Source: Nemertoderma westbladi (taxonomy: Eukaryota > Animalia > Xenacoelomorpha). Taken from it: a stretch of DNA of 64,000 nucleotides. This document shows, piece by piece, positions 11,144 to 22,907 of the stretch. The DNA lies in contig JAUCBJ010007209.1 in NCBI GenBank assembly GCA_032718475.1, forward strand, positions 1-64,000. Reading direction: 5' to 3'. Both the position numbers and the translations under genes were made by a program. Position 1 is the stretch's first letter, and every line of letters begins with the position of its first letter. The notes below the pieces were generated by a model, which was given only the letters and a program-made list of their open reading frames with translations, had not been told where the DNA came from and ran no database searches.

Positions 11144-13275
11144 TTAACTAGGAGGGCTATAACTCCTGGGTGAGGGGTGCAATACAATTGCATCGGAAGG
11201 TTTCGGATTACGGTCAGTGTATCCACCGGTCGAAGTACCCGTTTGATCGATGTCAACCTCAGTGGAACGAGGTCGAACAACCTTTAGAGCGCATTTCAGG
11301 ACAGCAGCTCTTACTGGTCCCTGACCATTTGGATCGTTTGCACGATAGCGGTAGGTTGACCGTGAGTAGTGAGAAATTTCCTCTGTTTGATGGTTCTTTC
11401 CAACTCGCGTTCTCTGGCTTTATATTCATATGGTCGTCTATGAACTTCTTGTAGCTCTGGATGCGAGTTTATGAACAAGTCACCGTGGGATTTATCAATG
11501 GTAGAAACTTTAAACTGTGTGTAGGATCTTCCGGTTTCACCATATAATATTGAGTTAAATTGACATAATAGGGGTGATCTTTAATTCCATAAAATGAGTT
11601 TGGTAAAGGTCTAGCGCGTAGGTTGACCTCGTGTACCATACAACGGACAAGATCCGCTCAATTGTCCGGAGGTTCAACGAGTATACCGTCGACACGAGCG
11701 GCCTCGATTGGTGGACGTTGTAACATAGGAGCGTCAGCGATAAGATCTCTAGATCTTAAGTTGATATCAACCGGTTGGGGTTGTACCGTGGCGAAGAGTT
11801 TGTCTCCGAAATGGGGAACCATCGAAGGATGAATGATGGTTTTGGAATAGAGATCAGTCATAAGGATTTGAGCTTCTGGTTGGGCTAAAGCTGCTTCTTC
11901 TCTCTCATCCATTTCGATGTGCTTCTCCTCGAGCTGATTTTCCTCCACTTGTCGTTGGAAGCATTTGTCCAAAAACTCTTGTAGAGAGTAGGTTCGTCCA
12001 AGTTCGATATCCTCTTCGAGATTCTGGATTTCCCGATCGAACTGAGGTAAAGCTAATTCTTTTACCGCTTGGACTTGTTGTTGCAATTTACATTTGTCTA
12101 AACAATCGTAGGTTCCTTTTCCGATCTTTTGTCGAATAGCGTCCAATGCGTTTCGTAAAACGCTCTCCTCCACCTCGGTGACAGGTTGTATCGGGGTTAA
12201 ACCAGGACGATTATATGGGTTGAACGGCAATATTAGATGTCCGTGTCCTAATCCGGCTAGGTAGGATGGGCGAATATCTAGGGAGCCCACAACCGGAGTG
12301 CCACCGACTAATTGTTCGGGTGACACTAGATCTTTGAACAATGAATACAGTTCAGGAGGATCCGTCATACTACTAGGATCAAGAGTCTGAGGTCTCACCA
12401 GGGAATGAGGAGGTCTGACCGAGTATTCCGGAACTCTGATCATAGGTTTGTTTAAGGATCATTTGAGTCGAGCGAGAGTGGGTGATACGTCGAACAAGTT
12501 TCGCTCGAAACTCCCGTAAGTATAGCGAGTAAAACTGTGTTTAGCGCAACGTCTCCGCGGATGTTTATGTCTTTCCGTTTGTTGGTTGGGTCTAGGGCAT
12601 TCATTGCAATAATACCAAAGACGCACGTCTTGTAGGGGAAACGCGGGTGATCTTTCTCCAGTTTTACAATATTCCTCCATCTGTTCGAAGCTATCTGGTA
12701 CAACAGGTAGCGGTCGATCGGAGGTAAGATACATCATAGTGAAATAGAGTCGTTTGAGTTCTATCATAGGGTTATGATGTATACCTTGAGGATATCGAGT
12801 TTCTAGATTTTGCTGGCTGGCTACATTGAGATATGTTTCTCTCAAGAATTCCAAATATTCGTTGAAGTCACTGCGTTTATCCGGTTCTTCAACATCTTCT
12901 CTTTCTAGTCGGTTTCGAATAGAATTTTCGTGTTCGATTCTCAGTTTATCATTCCGACTCCGCTGGGTGTGATATTTAAATAGGATCATTTCCCTTTCGG
13001 TGTCTACATCGTCCGTGTCGTGTAAATCGATAGGATGACCAGTAGTTAAGAAGTCCATATACGTACCATTACGATGCGTATAGCGAGCGGTGAATTTTCT
13101 ATAGTCCAATTCATGCGTGAGCTGTTCCTTTTGACATTCGCGGTTCGATATAACGGCCATCCTCCTCCGTAGTATGTTGACTAGCGTCGCCGCTTATTAA
13201 ACTATCAACAAACGCTTGCAATGGTAGGGTATATTGCTCCCTGATACCAAGATCATCTTCTATCAACTCAGTCAT
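11144..13275 (-). pseudogene. Accessory ORF of the BEL element in the env position (~700 codons, disrupted), function unknown
   Basis: ORFs 13160-12459 and 12443-11658 share one frame and are separated by a single TGA. The frame continues past a second TGA (ADLVRCMVHEVNLRARPLPNSFYGIKDHPYY...). Frameshifted extensions reach an ATG at 13275 and a TAA at 11144. It contains C-x2-C-x9-H-x6-C (YCNECPRPNQQTERHKHPRRRC). No signal peptide or TM helix is evident. Confidence 0.7.
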
Positions 13276-13564
13276 AGCTGCTATATGAGTTTTTCGATAT
13301 TATAATTAATAATATTTAGGCTAGCGGTCGTCGCTGCCTCCCCCTCAGTGCCCCCGGACAGCGCAAGATCCTCAGCGCTGATGTACTGTCGTCGCTGTGC
13401 TTCTCACCAACGTAGCAGCTACACAACGACAACAATAACCAGCGCGAGTCACTCTACTGTCCGTCCCAAGGGCTTAGATTTACTGGAGGTTCTTGCTACA
13501 GAGGCAGGGAACTTTCACAACTGCGACTCGCTACTGTAAACACACTTTAGTAGTAACATTCACC

Positions 13565-13572
13565 TATAAATA
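13565..13572 (+). promoter_or_regulatory. Candidate antisense TATA box inside the retrotransposon
   Basis: TATAAATA immediately upstream of the hairpin cluster. Several AATAAA signals lie at ~14878-15010 on the same strand. Confidence 0.35.
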
Positions 13573-14094
13573 CACAAATTCCACACTCCTGTCACAAATT
13601 GTACACATTCGGGCCATTTGTCCGTTAGTCAAGGGCCTTCCAGAATGCCACGTTATTATTATGTATCCCTGGATACTAGCAGGGTGCTATTTATTCCGCA
13701 TGCTATTCAATGGGGCAAGCTTTCTATTGTTATTTTAACTCGCTTCTAATTCTAGCGTGGTTGTTGCTATGGTGACATTATGGAAAGCTAGCGGTAGAAT
13801 TAGGGTAATTCTCATGCATACAGATCTGGGATGCTATTTAATAGTAATTCTTTAATTGTCAATATTCCCCTTATACATGATTTTATGAATTTTATCGGCT
13901 ATTGACTGTACACTGGAGATTCTCTCACACTAATATACTTAATAAGGTGAATCTCCGCGCCCATGATCTATTAATTAATGGAATTTTGGGAATGTTATAA
14001 ATTGTATAAAATGACAATTTATCAAATTCATGAGAGGATATGAATTTAAAATTTATTCCCGTGAATTTTATTATTTGACATTAAATAGACACAA

Positions 14095-14465
14095 TTTTAT
14101 TCCAGAACATGTCTGGGGACTAGGATCCTTAATTCTAGAAATTTTGTCTTTTTAAGAGTATCGGTAAGTGCTACGATATCTTAATCGACTAGAATTTTAG
14201 AGGATCTAATTTTTAACAGATTTTGATTTATAGACTCCCCAGAGTTAATTTATTAGCATTTACTCTATTGTAACATTTGTTTGACAGATTTTATAAATAT
14301 TTATTAAATATTTAATATTTAAGATGGGCACCGATTTATTCCAGAACATGTCTGGGGACGTTAACCACTGATTCTAGAATTTTGTCTTTCAAGTATATCG
14401 GTGGGTGCCGCGATATCTTAATCGACTAGAATTTCAGATGGTCAAAGGGTTTAACAGATTTATTT
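14095..14465. ncRNA. Two ~130-nt direct repeats, each folding into a long stem-loop (candidate structured RNA)
   Basis: 14095-14225 and 14335-14465 share TTTATTCCAGAACATGTCTGGGGAC...ATTCTAGA...CGATATCTTAATCGACTAGAATTT...TTAACAGATTT. The outer stems differ in sequence but both pair (GATCCT/AGGATC versus ACCA-CTG/CAG-TGGT). Confidence 0.5.
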
Positions 14466-15040
14466 GAAGATTCATTAACAGATTTGTTTGATAACATTAT
14501 TAATATTAATAATGTTTGTTAATATTTTGAACTTCAACGCTACTGTTAAATGGACATCATTCTACTATATGTATTATTTAATATACGGTATGAGAGCAAT
14601 ATTGCAAGAAGCAATGTCAGTGAGAAGAGGCAAGTCGTTTCCACGGTCTACCCAGAGCTTGGTTTAGCCGAGAAACGAGGATCTGAACTTTGCATTCCTA
14701 ATACTCTACTTACCAATAATACTTGAGTATAGTAGGGGCAGTATTTTGTACTTTAATAAGTACGGATATTTCATCTTACTGTAGTCACGTATTTATAGTA
14801 TGATACGGACAGTAAGGAAAGAGAAAATGAATTAATTCTCGCCGTTAAACGAAATATATTATGCTAAGTAATTAAGTAATAAACACGAATATATATTGCA
14901 CTAATCTACTGAATAATTGCAAAATATTATTATACTAAATAAAATTAAAAAAACGATTATAATAATAAAATTACTTAATAATACATACATAAATATAAAA
15001 ATAATAAAAACATATAAAATAATGTAGAGTCCAGGCGCTG

Positions 15041-16402
15041 TTACGTTGGGGAGTCCCTAGATGTTTGTTGGATTAGGGAGGTGGTCGTGGGAAGAGTATC
15101 TTGCCTTCCATAGTTTCCGGATAACTCTCGGTCTCTTTCCAGTAAACATAAACGACCAACTGGGCGATTAAGTTGTTGTGTTTCGAATACAATTCCAGGT
15201 TTCTTAAAGTTACGTCGCATGACGACGAGTTCTACCGATCGCACTAAACCATCATCGGATATATGAGTCTCAATGATACGACCTGTCTGCCACCACTTAC
15301 GTGGAAGATCTGATTCCACGATAAGGACCATGTCTCCGGCGCTGACGTTTTCTTGCTGCGCAAACCACTTTATTCGAAGTTGTAGCGTAGGAAGATAATG
15401 TTTTTCGAAATGGTCAGCGAAACGACGGGATAATAACTGCATAAGTTTCCAAGTTTGTCGGCAGTATTCGTCTCCGTCCGTGATTTCCGATTGCGGGAGC
15501 ATGGCTACAGGTTTCTTTAGTAGGAAATGCGCGGGTGTCAGCGCTTCTAGGGAGTCGGGACTCGATGAGACTGGCATAAGCGGTCTCTCGTTAAGATAGG
15601 CGGCGATTTCTTCCATTAACGTCCGCAAAAGTTCGTCGGTGAGATACGCACGGCACGGCACTATAAAGTGAAATGCGGTCTTCACGCTCCGTATTAATCT
15701 CTCCCAACTTCCTCCCCACCAAGGGGCGTCGGCGGCGTTGAAGGTCCAGCTAGATGCTGTTACCCTTAGCTGATCGTCCACCTGTCTTTGGTTCCAATCT
15801 TTCACGTAAGCTTTGATCTCATTATTGGCGCCAATGAAGTTCGTTCCTTTGTCGGATCTCATAGTGTTGCTAGTCCCAAAACGAGCGATCTGTCGGCGTA
15901 AACTCAGTATGAAGCCATTGGTAGATAGATCGTTCACCATATCTAGATGGATCGCTCTACAAGTCATACAGACAAAGATGACACAGCATCGCTTGACTAT
16001 AGTCCTAGCACGATATACTTCAATAGGGCCAAATAAATCCACACCAGTATTAGTAAAGAGTGGTTCATAGAAGCTTACTCGTTCCCTAGGTAATTCTGCC
16101 TCTCGCTGTGTTAAAGGCCTACTAAATGCTTTCCTACAGGGTATACAGTTCCTAAGAACTTGGTTCAGAGCTCTACAGGGCTTATGGAAATAATAGCGAG
16201 TTCGAATTTCGCTAAGAACTCGTTCTCTACCAGCATGGTAAAGTCTACTGTGAACATCTACAATCATCTTGATTTGTATTTCAAGATTTCTAATGAGTAT
16301 GGGAAACTTAGTGTCAAAGGACAATGGAGCATTAGTTAATCTCCCTCCGACACGTATTAACCCATCTATCATTGTGCTAGAGAAACGATCCCTTAAGCGC
16401 AT
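15041..16402 (-). pseudogene. BEL/Pao integrase (HHCC zinc finger, DDE core, C-terminal domain)
   Basis: Motifs GLIRVGGRL, HSRLYHAG...CIPC, GVDLFGP, CRAIHL, SDKGTNF, PWWGGSWERLIRSVK, LNERPL, ALTPAHFL and DDGLVRSV. Confidence 0.95.
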
Positions 16403-16446
16403 CTCTGTGGATTTCTCAACAACAGGAAATACTTATCGGAATCTTC

Positions 16447-18330
16447 CTAGCATTGCAGGAGTCTCAGTATCTGCTTATTGGTATCCTCATGCTCTTGGTA
16501 ACTGATCTTCTCAGTCAGAAACCTGTCCAACACTTTATAAGTGGGAAGGTCTTTAATAACATGGACCTTTTCGGATATTATTGGAGCGATATCACTAGCG
16601 ATCTTCGTCCTGGAATAATAAGGATGGAAACATCTTTTAAGGTACACAACGGCCTTGCAAAGCCGATTCCAGGAGCTATAATGATTGATTGCTCTCTGTA
16701 GGAGAGGGGAGAGTCCTTGCGAGACATCTGGTGTTCCAGATTTCCAGTCTCTTTCCCTGATTTCTATAACAGATTTATTCGTAGTGGGTGAGTTTAGATC
16801 CACAGCGTCGTCCCCGGAGATGTGTAGTACAGACAGATCTATCACGGGTTTAAATAACTTTGATTTACTCGTCCGGGTTTTAGGTTTGACTTTCTCCGCT
16901 CCCTTGGCTTGTCTAATCTCCGCCGTGGTGAGATGAGGGGGCCATTCATCCTCTTCTTTACTTAGGAAGTCGGGTCCACCTAACCAGTCTGGAGTATCTA
17001 TCAGTTCTTGAGGGGTTGCTCCTCTAGAGGCGATGTCGGCTGGATTGATCGTCCCAGGGCAATGTCTCCATTGATCTACATTAGAGCGACTAAGTATAAT
17101 GGCTACTCTGTTGGTAACAAAGACGCTGAACTGACAGACTTCATTTGTTATATACTCCAGAACGAGTAAAGCATCAGTCCAATAGACAGTTTTCTCTAGT
17201 GGATAGTCGATCTGTTCTGTTACATTCCGGCCGATGGCTGTAGTGTAAAGAGCCGCCTTTAACTCCGCTCTAGGAACTCGTAGTTTGTTGTTTATTAGGG
17301 CCTTAGAGGTGACCAAGGCAACTTTAATTCCATCCGGAGTTTCAACCCTCAGGTAGGCTACTATACCTATTCCCATATCGCTGGCGTCTCCAAGCACATG
17401 GAGTTGATAGGAATACATGGGGAGAACGTGACCAAAATATGAACGGGAAATCTTAAAGTTCTCGATGGATGGTAGAGAATCTTCCAATTTCATCCATTTC
17501 TTTAGTAGTTCTCCTTTAAGTGGATCATCCCACGAGTGGTTTTTGAGCCACATTTGTTGCACTAAGCTCCGAGCAACTAATATAACTGGGCTAATGAATC
17601 CCAATGGATCGAAATAAGTGCTCAGGATACTTAGACAAATCCGTTTAGTTCTAACTGGATTATCTCGCTGTTTTAACTGAAAAAACAAGATATCTCTCTC
17701 CGTGTCCCATTTTAATCCAAGCGTCTTGGTTTCCGGAAGATCGTCCTTGATGAGGTCCAGATCTTTAACACATCGGTCTTCTACCGGGATCGATTCCAGA
17801 AACTCATGGGAGTTACTAGTGAATTTGGTTAGCCGAAATCCACCGCGTTGCAAGCACTCTACCGTTCCCTTGGCAACATCAATGGCTTCTTCCACCGATG
17901 GGAGGGACTTTAAATTGTCGTCCATGTATATATCCTGTTTGGTGTTGTCGATAACTGCTTTAGAGAAGGCATCTCGGTTGTCATCGGCAGTGGTACGCAC
18001 TACCGAACAAGCGTTTGAGGGGCTCGAGATGATCCCGAAAGCCTGGATGGTCATCCAGTACTCCACCGGTTTTCGGTTGAGGTCTCCTTCAGGCCACAGA
18101 AATCGTAGGCTGTCTCGATCCCTATCCAGCGCCTTGACTTGTAAGAACATGCCTTCGATGTCCGAAGTGAATGCGATAGAATATTACCGCAGTCTTAATA
18201 ATATTCCCAACAAAGATTGGAGTAAGTTGGGTCCCGGCAACAGTTCTGAATTCAGGGATTGACCCATGTAAAGGGCGGAGCCGTCAAACACTACCCGGAC
18301 TTCGTTGGGTTTACCGGGTTTGGGAACGTA
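16447..18330 (-). pseudogene. BEL/Pao reverse transcriptase and RNase H
   Basis: Motifs RVVFDGS, GPNLL, DIEGMFLQV, LRFLW, YMDD, FDPLG, DAS, PRAEL, YWTD and WRHCPGTINPADIASRG. There is an in-frame stop just upstream of the ORF. Confidence 0.95.
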
Positions 18331-19510
18331 ATGATGTGTTAAATAATACGTTCTCTCCGTTATGGGTGTTTCTTCCGGAACTCGCTCCGCGTATCCCTCT
18401 CATAAATTTCTTCAGTTGGATTTTATACATTTCCCTGGCTTGAACGTTAGCGGTCAGACGCCGATGTAGTTGTGTGATTCTCTTTTCTACTAAAGGTCGG
18501 TGATTTACGAAGCTGGGTTCTCGCCGTTGAAACGGAAGACCAATCTCATAGCGACCTTCGTCCTTCAGATAACGTGTAGTCGTTTCCTGAATCTGCTTGG
18601 CTCTCTCTTCCTCGACAGACAAGGCTTTGTCGCAGGAATTAGGCTCTACGGCTTCTTGAGTAAAGAATCGTATGGCGTGTTCATCGCGGATTTTGTTATT
18701 GTATCGATCTATCACTTTGTTTAATTCATCGTTGTAGGTAAATTGTCCGCCATGTTGATTGATAAGATGGCATAGGTTGACTTGGTTTAACCAAGTTTGG
18801 TTCTCAGTGAGGAGATCGATGGTATTTTCCTCATCATATAAGTGGTTGATGTCGTCGTTGTCTGAGGAGTATGGAGTTTCCTCAGTTGGGGTTTCTTCCT
18901 CACTGATTTCTTCTTCCCATTCACTCACCTGATGTATTCTTTCATTATGGAGTCTTTCCATTAAGGTCCTACGGGAAGGTCCAGTGAAGTACCAACCTAC
19001 TCTCGTTCTTCCTGCATACGTCTGCAATGGTTGCGGTCGAGCAGGCCGTTTTTCTAATGTCTCAAGAGCTTCGTGCGCATTTTGGCCGAGTAAGATCTGC
19101 ACCCCTGGATAATCTGTGTTGAATCTAGGTATATTATGTTGCTGGGTAAAATGGTCTTCATCCCAGTTGTAAGGCTCCACTTGGCTAGTAGCAAAGTTCT
19201 TTATCGCCACCATTTTGACCGACCTTACACTATTCTCTCCTAGTTCATCCTGGGGAGTGGACAATGCACCCACGTAGTAATCTGTGGCTACTGTGGATTT
19301 CCAAACCTGCATAATTCCGGAAAGGTTCAACTTAGTTCGGAACTTGGGTTGTCCAGCAAAGATGTCTTCGGCTAGTTCTTTGTCAATAAAGGTGCCTGTA
19401 CTGCCGGAGTCAAGGAGGGCGTTTACTATCAAGCTCTTCCCTATCCCATGGACCCTCAGTTGCACTACAGGGAATTCTCGGATTCCGACAGATGAAGTTG
19501 GCGCTTTCCA
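18311..19510 (-). pseudogene. BEL/Pao aspartic protease region
   Basis: Motifs ALLDSGSTGTFI, ILLG, TRVGWYFTGP, LSVEEE and GRYEIGLPF. Confidence 0.9.
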
Positions 19511-19579
19511 AGATGGCTGTCAATCCGGAATAGTCAGTCGGGGATCTTCACAGTCTGTTTCAGTCTCGTACGTAAGTGC

Positions 19580-22500
19580 TCAATACACAGCGGTGTTGAT
19601 CATATAACAGGATTCATTTTCGTTGGAGAATTCGTCCGTGTAGAATCCTTCCATCTCCGAACTGTGGTCAGTGTCGTTCACATCACTAAATTGGACATGT
19701 AGTTCGGGCTCACTTACCTGATTCGTGCGGGTTCTGTCAAATTCGGTGTGCAGCAAGATATGATGTTTCGCGCCGCACTTAGCACACTTCGTGTCTGAGT
19801 AACAGGTCCGTCTTTGATGTCCTCGTCTGAGGCAATTATAACACAACCGCTTATCCCACATGACATCACGTCTCTCCTTCAGGGATTTCTTCAAGAATTC
19901 ATCATACCCACTCAAGCGATGTGGCCCGTCACACAATACACATGTTACTTACTTTAACTTGTGTTGTGTTGTGCACACTTGTTCTTTCTTTGGGCTTTCT
20001 TCCATGAATTCTCTTAGGAGACATAGGAGGAGTTGTTACCTGTTCTCTCCTGTCACTGGTTCGAGACTTAGATTTACTTACATCTTTCCTCGTTTCATTG
20101 ACATAATAAGATCTTTCGGTGTCCTTACCACTGTTCTCATCGTAGGAGGTTTGGCTTTCGCCATCATCCGTATAACACACTGGTGTTACCTTTCTCCTAG
20201 TAACGGGTTTTTCACTTACCTTACTTTCCGGTGTCTTCTCTCTGGACTGCTTTAGGAGCTATAATCTTACCTCTCCATTTAAGAATGACATGAGATCAGC
20301 CATGGTAGGGTCTCTTTGTTGCTGGTCCATCATATAGAGAACCTTTTTGTCCCAGCGAGTACCTACTCCACCCTTTGGCAAAGTAGATGCTACGGCTCCA
20401 ACAACCATAGAACTCTGGTATTCCTGAGACTTACCTAACCAATCTAACTGTCTACAGATCTCCTGAATCTCATCGGAAAACTCTATAATCCCGCTGCTAA
20501 GAAACTTTCGGGGCGCTACTAATTTCGCATATAAATACCTAGCTATGTTAGTCCTATTACCATACCTGATGTTTAGTGTATCCCAAACTTGTCTTAATCC
20601 GTCTGGATGTCCAATAAACTTTAACGCCATTAACTTGGGAGGTCCTTCCAAGCACTCGATGAGGAATCAAAGTTTCTCTCCGTTAGATAGTACAGAGTTC
20701 TGTATGTTATCTTTATAATATTCATTAAAAGGTAACCATTTCATCTCATCTCCATTGAACTTGACGACCTCTCCCACCTTTACCGCCTGACGGGCTTCGG
20801 TTCTAGCCATTTGATGTGTAAAACTTTCTTGAGCCATAGTATTATTTAATATCGAGTTATCGGTATATAAATTTCTCGGATTATGATCAGATCTGTATGG
20901 GATATCATTATCAACGGGTTTATAATTACCCTTAATAGGGTTTACTATAGGAGTTTCTACTTCACTAGCAGTATAGATGCGTGTAGGCTCCAAACCTTGC
21001 GCATGAAATACTTCAGACCTAACGGGTTGACACATTGTTACAGGGGGTGGTGGTATACCCATTTGTATATTTACTAATTTATCGCGCTCTAAAGCGATGC
21101 TTCGTTGTACTTCTTGCAACTCTAACCTACTCTCTCTTACTGTTCCCTTTAACAGCTGAACAGTCCCTTCCAACTCTCGGACCTGCTGGGAAGACTGTTT
21201 CTTATTGTCCTCCAGCTGTCCGAGCAGCTGATTCATCCCCCGTCGTCCCTCGTCCACCCACTCAACCGCTGAGGCGGGAGCCCTCCAACATGGTAGCCGG
21301 GTGGCGCGTAGGGACGACGGGAGACAACTCATTTATGTCTTGCTCGGCGTCCAGGACTGGATGTGATTCCGGGGCTTGTCTACTGGGCACAGGTAGTTTA
21401 GTACTGTGCAAAGGGAATTTAGAGTTGGGTTCTGGAAGTACAGGGGTCTCTATCAATGGAGTGGCTTTACTAACAGGCCTAATTATTTCGGGCTCATCTA
21501 CTATAGTAGGGAGTCTTTCTACTCTAATATTTTGATCTGTAGGTACTTGATTACTTATGTCTACATTAGCTAGTTGCCTTCTCACCGCAGGAGATAAATT
21601 AGGTAACTTCTGACGGTGTGGCACTCTTCTACGTCCGCTTGAACGAGATTTATTACCTCTACCCTCAGGCTCTGTTGTATCACCCTCATCGGAGGAGGTA
21701 AATCCCTGTCTTTTGGGAGTAGATCGACTCAGTAGTTGCATCTGAGTAGCTGCTCTCTGTTTATTTAAGTAATCTTGCTTCGCCTGAAGATTCTCCAATT
21801 CTAGTTGGGTTGTCGCTTCAGATGCCTTCCGTTCTGCTTCTGCCACTGCCGCCTTTCTTTCAGCCTCTGCCACTGAAGCCTTCCTTTCAGATTCTGCCGC
21901 TGCCGCTGAATAATAAATCGTTGATAATCCGACAGATAGATGTCAATCGCATCCTTCTTCTGAGGTTTTCTGGATATCGCTTCGCCTTCCACATGAGAAA
22001 AAGTGGCGTCTGTCGATTCTCCATGGATTGCTCGTTCAGTCAGCTGAACCTTCCATTGTGTCGTTCCCTGAACTTTAAGACTCACCCGTTGGAACCAAGT
22101 CTTTACAGCCACTTGCAACGACGTGTCTTGGCTTCTCTTCGAGGCCTCCTCAAAGGCTGAAAGTATTAATCTGATCCGTAAGATTCGTTCTCGCACTTGA
22201 TATAGCAGCTCTCCCTGCTCTTGAGGTCCTAGTGATTGTTGAAATAGATGTTTTTCTAATCGTTCCAAGGAGTTGAAGAATCCTTGGACATATCCTGCTG
22301 CTGACCTCTTCCATACAGCTGGATCTCGAGTATCCCTTACTATCCCCATTCTGTATAAGTCCTCCCAGGCAGCTTCCGATAAGTTAAACGGGAGTCCGGG
22401 TCCGGGGAAGTTCCATTGCGTGTCTACAATAGACCTTAGTTCCTCCATTGTGTATCCCGCATAACTGTCCCTGGTCGATCTCTTATTTCTCGTCCAATCG

Positions 22501-22907
22501 GCTTGATGTTCCTCCACAGCGATCAATACTCTAGTGAGTACGGCCCAAGGAAGAATTAGAAGTGGATCTGGATAAACCGCTTCTGCAATCCTTGCTCCGA
22601 TCTCGGGCGTTAACTCTTCAGTGTCGGAACTACTAGAGTTATTCTGCCGTTGAGAAATAAGTTCTCGGCTCGGGTGCTGCTGCTGTTTAACAGCCGTCTC
22701 TTGGTCTCGCTTAACTTGAGATCTAGTGCCTATAATAGACCTATGATGCTTTACTAGCCTAGGGTCTGATACTACTACTGTAGGGATGATCTTTCTTACA
22801 GTAGGAGGGGACTTGGACTTTGGTCTTAGATGTTCGATACTTTTATCTGGGTCACAGATTGTTCTTTCTAGGAGACTATCTGACAGTGTTTGCTTTGTGT
22901 CAGACAT
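19580..22907 (-). pseudogene. BEL/Pao gag, fragmented by stops and frameshifts, with a long N-terminal extension
   Basis: Capsid-like KFNGDEMKWLPF...EKL...LNIRYGN. Three knuckles: CIV[C]DGPH (frameshifted), CYNCLRRGHQRRTC and CAKCGAKHHILLH. Confidence 0.88.

Noticed and set aside
11658-13160. Accessory ORF as an env gene
   Set aside because: No signal peptide, hydrophobic fusion or TM segment, or Cys-rich ectodomain is visible.
14105-14353. p53-family response elements (GAACATGTCT at 14105 and 14344)
   Set aside because: Each is a single perfect half-site. The neighbouring half-site is poor or missing, and the recurrence is explained by the duplication.
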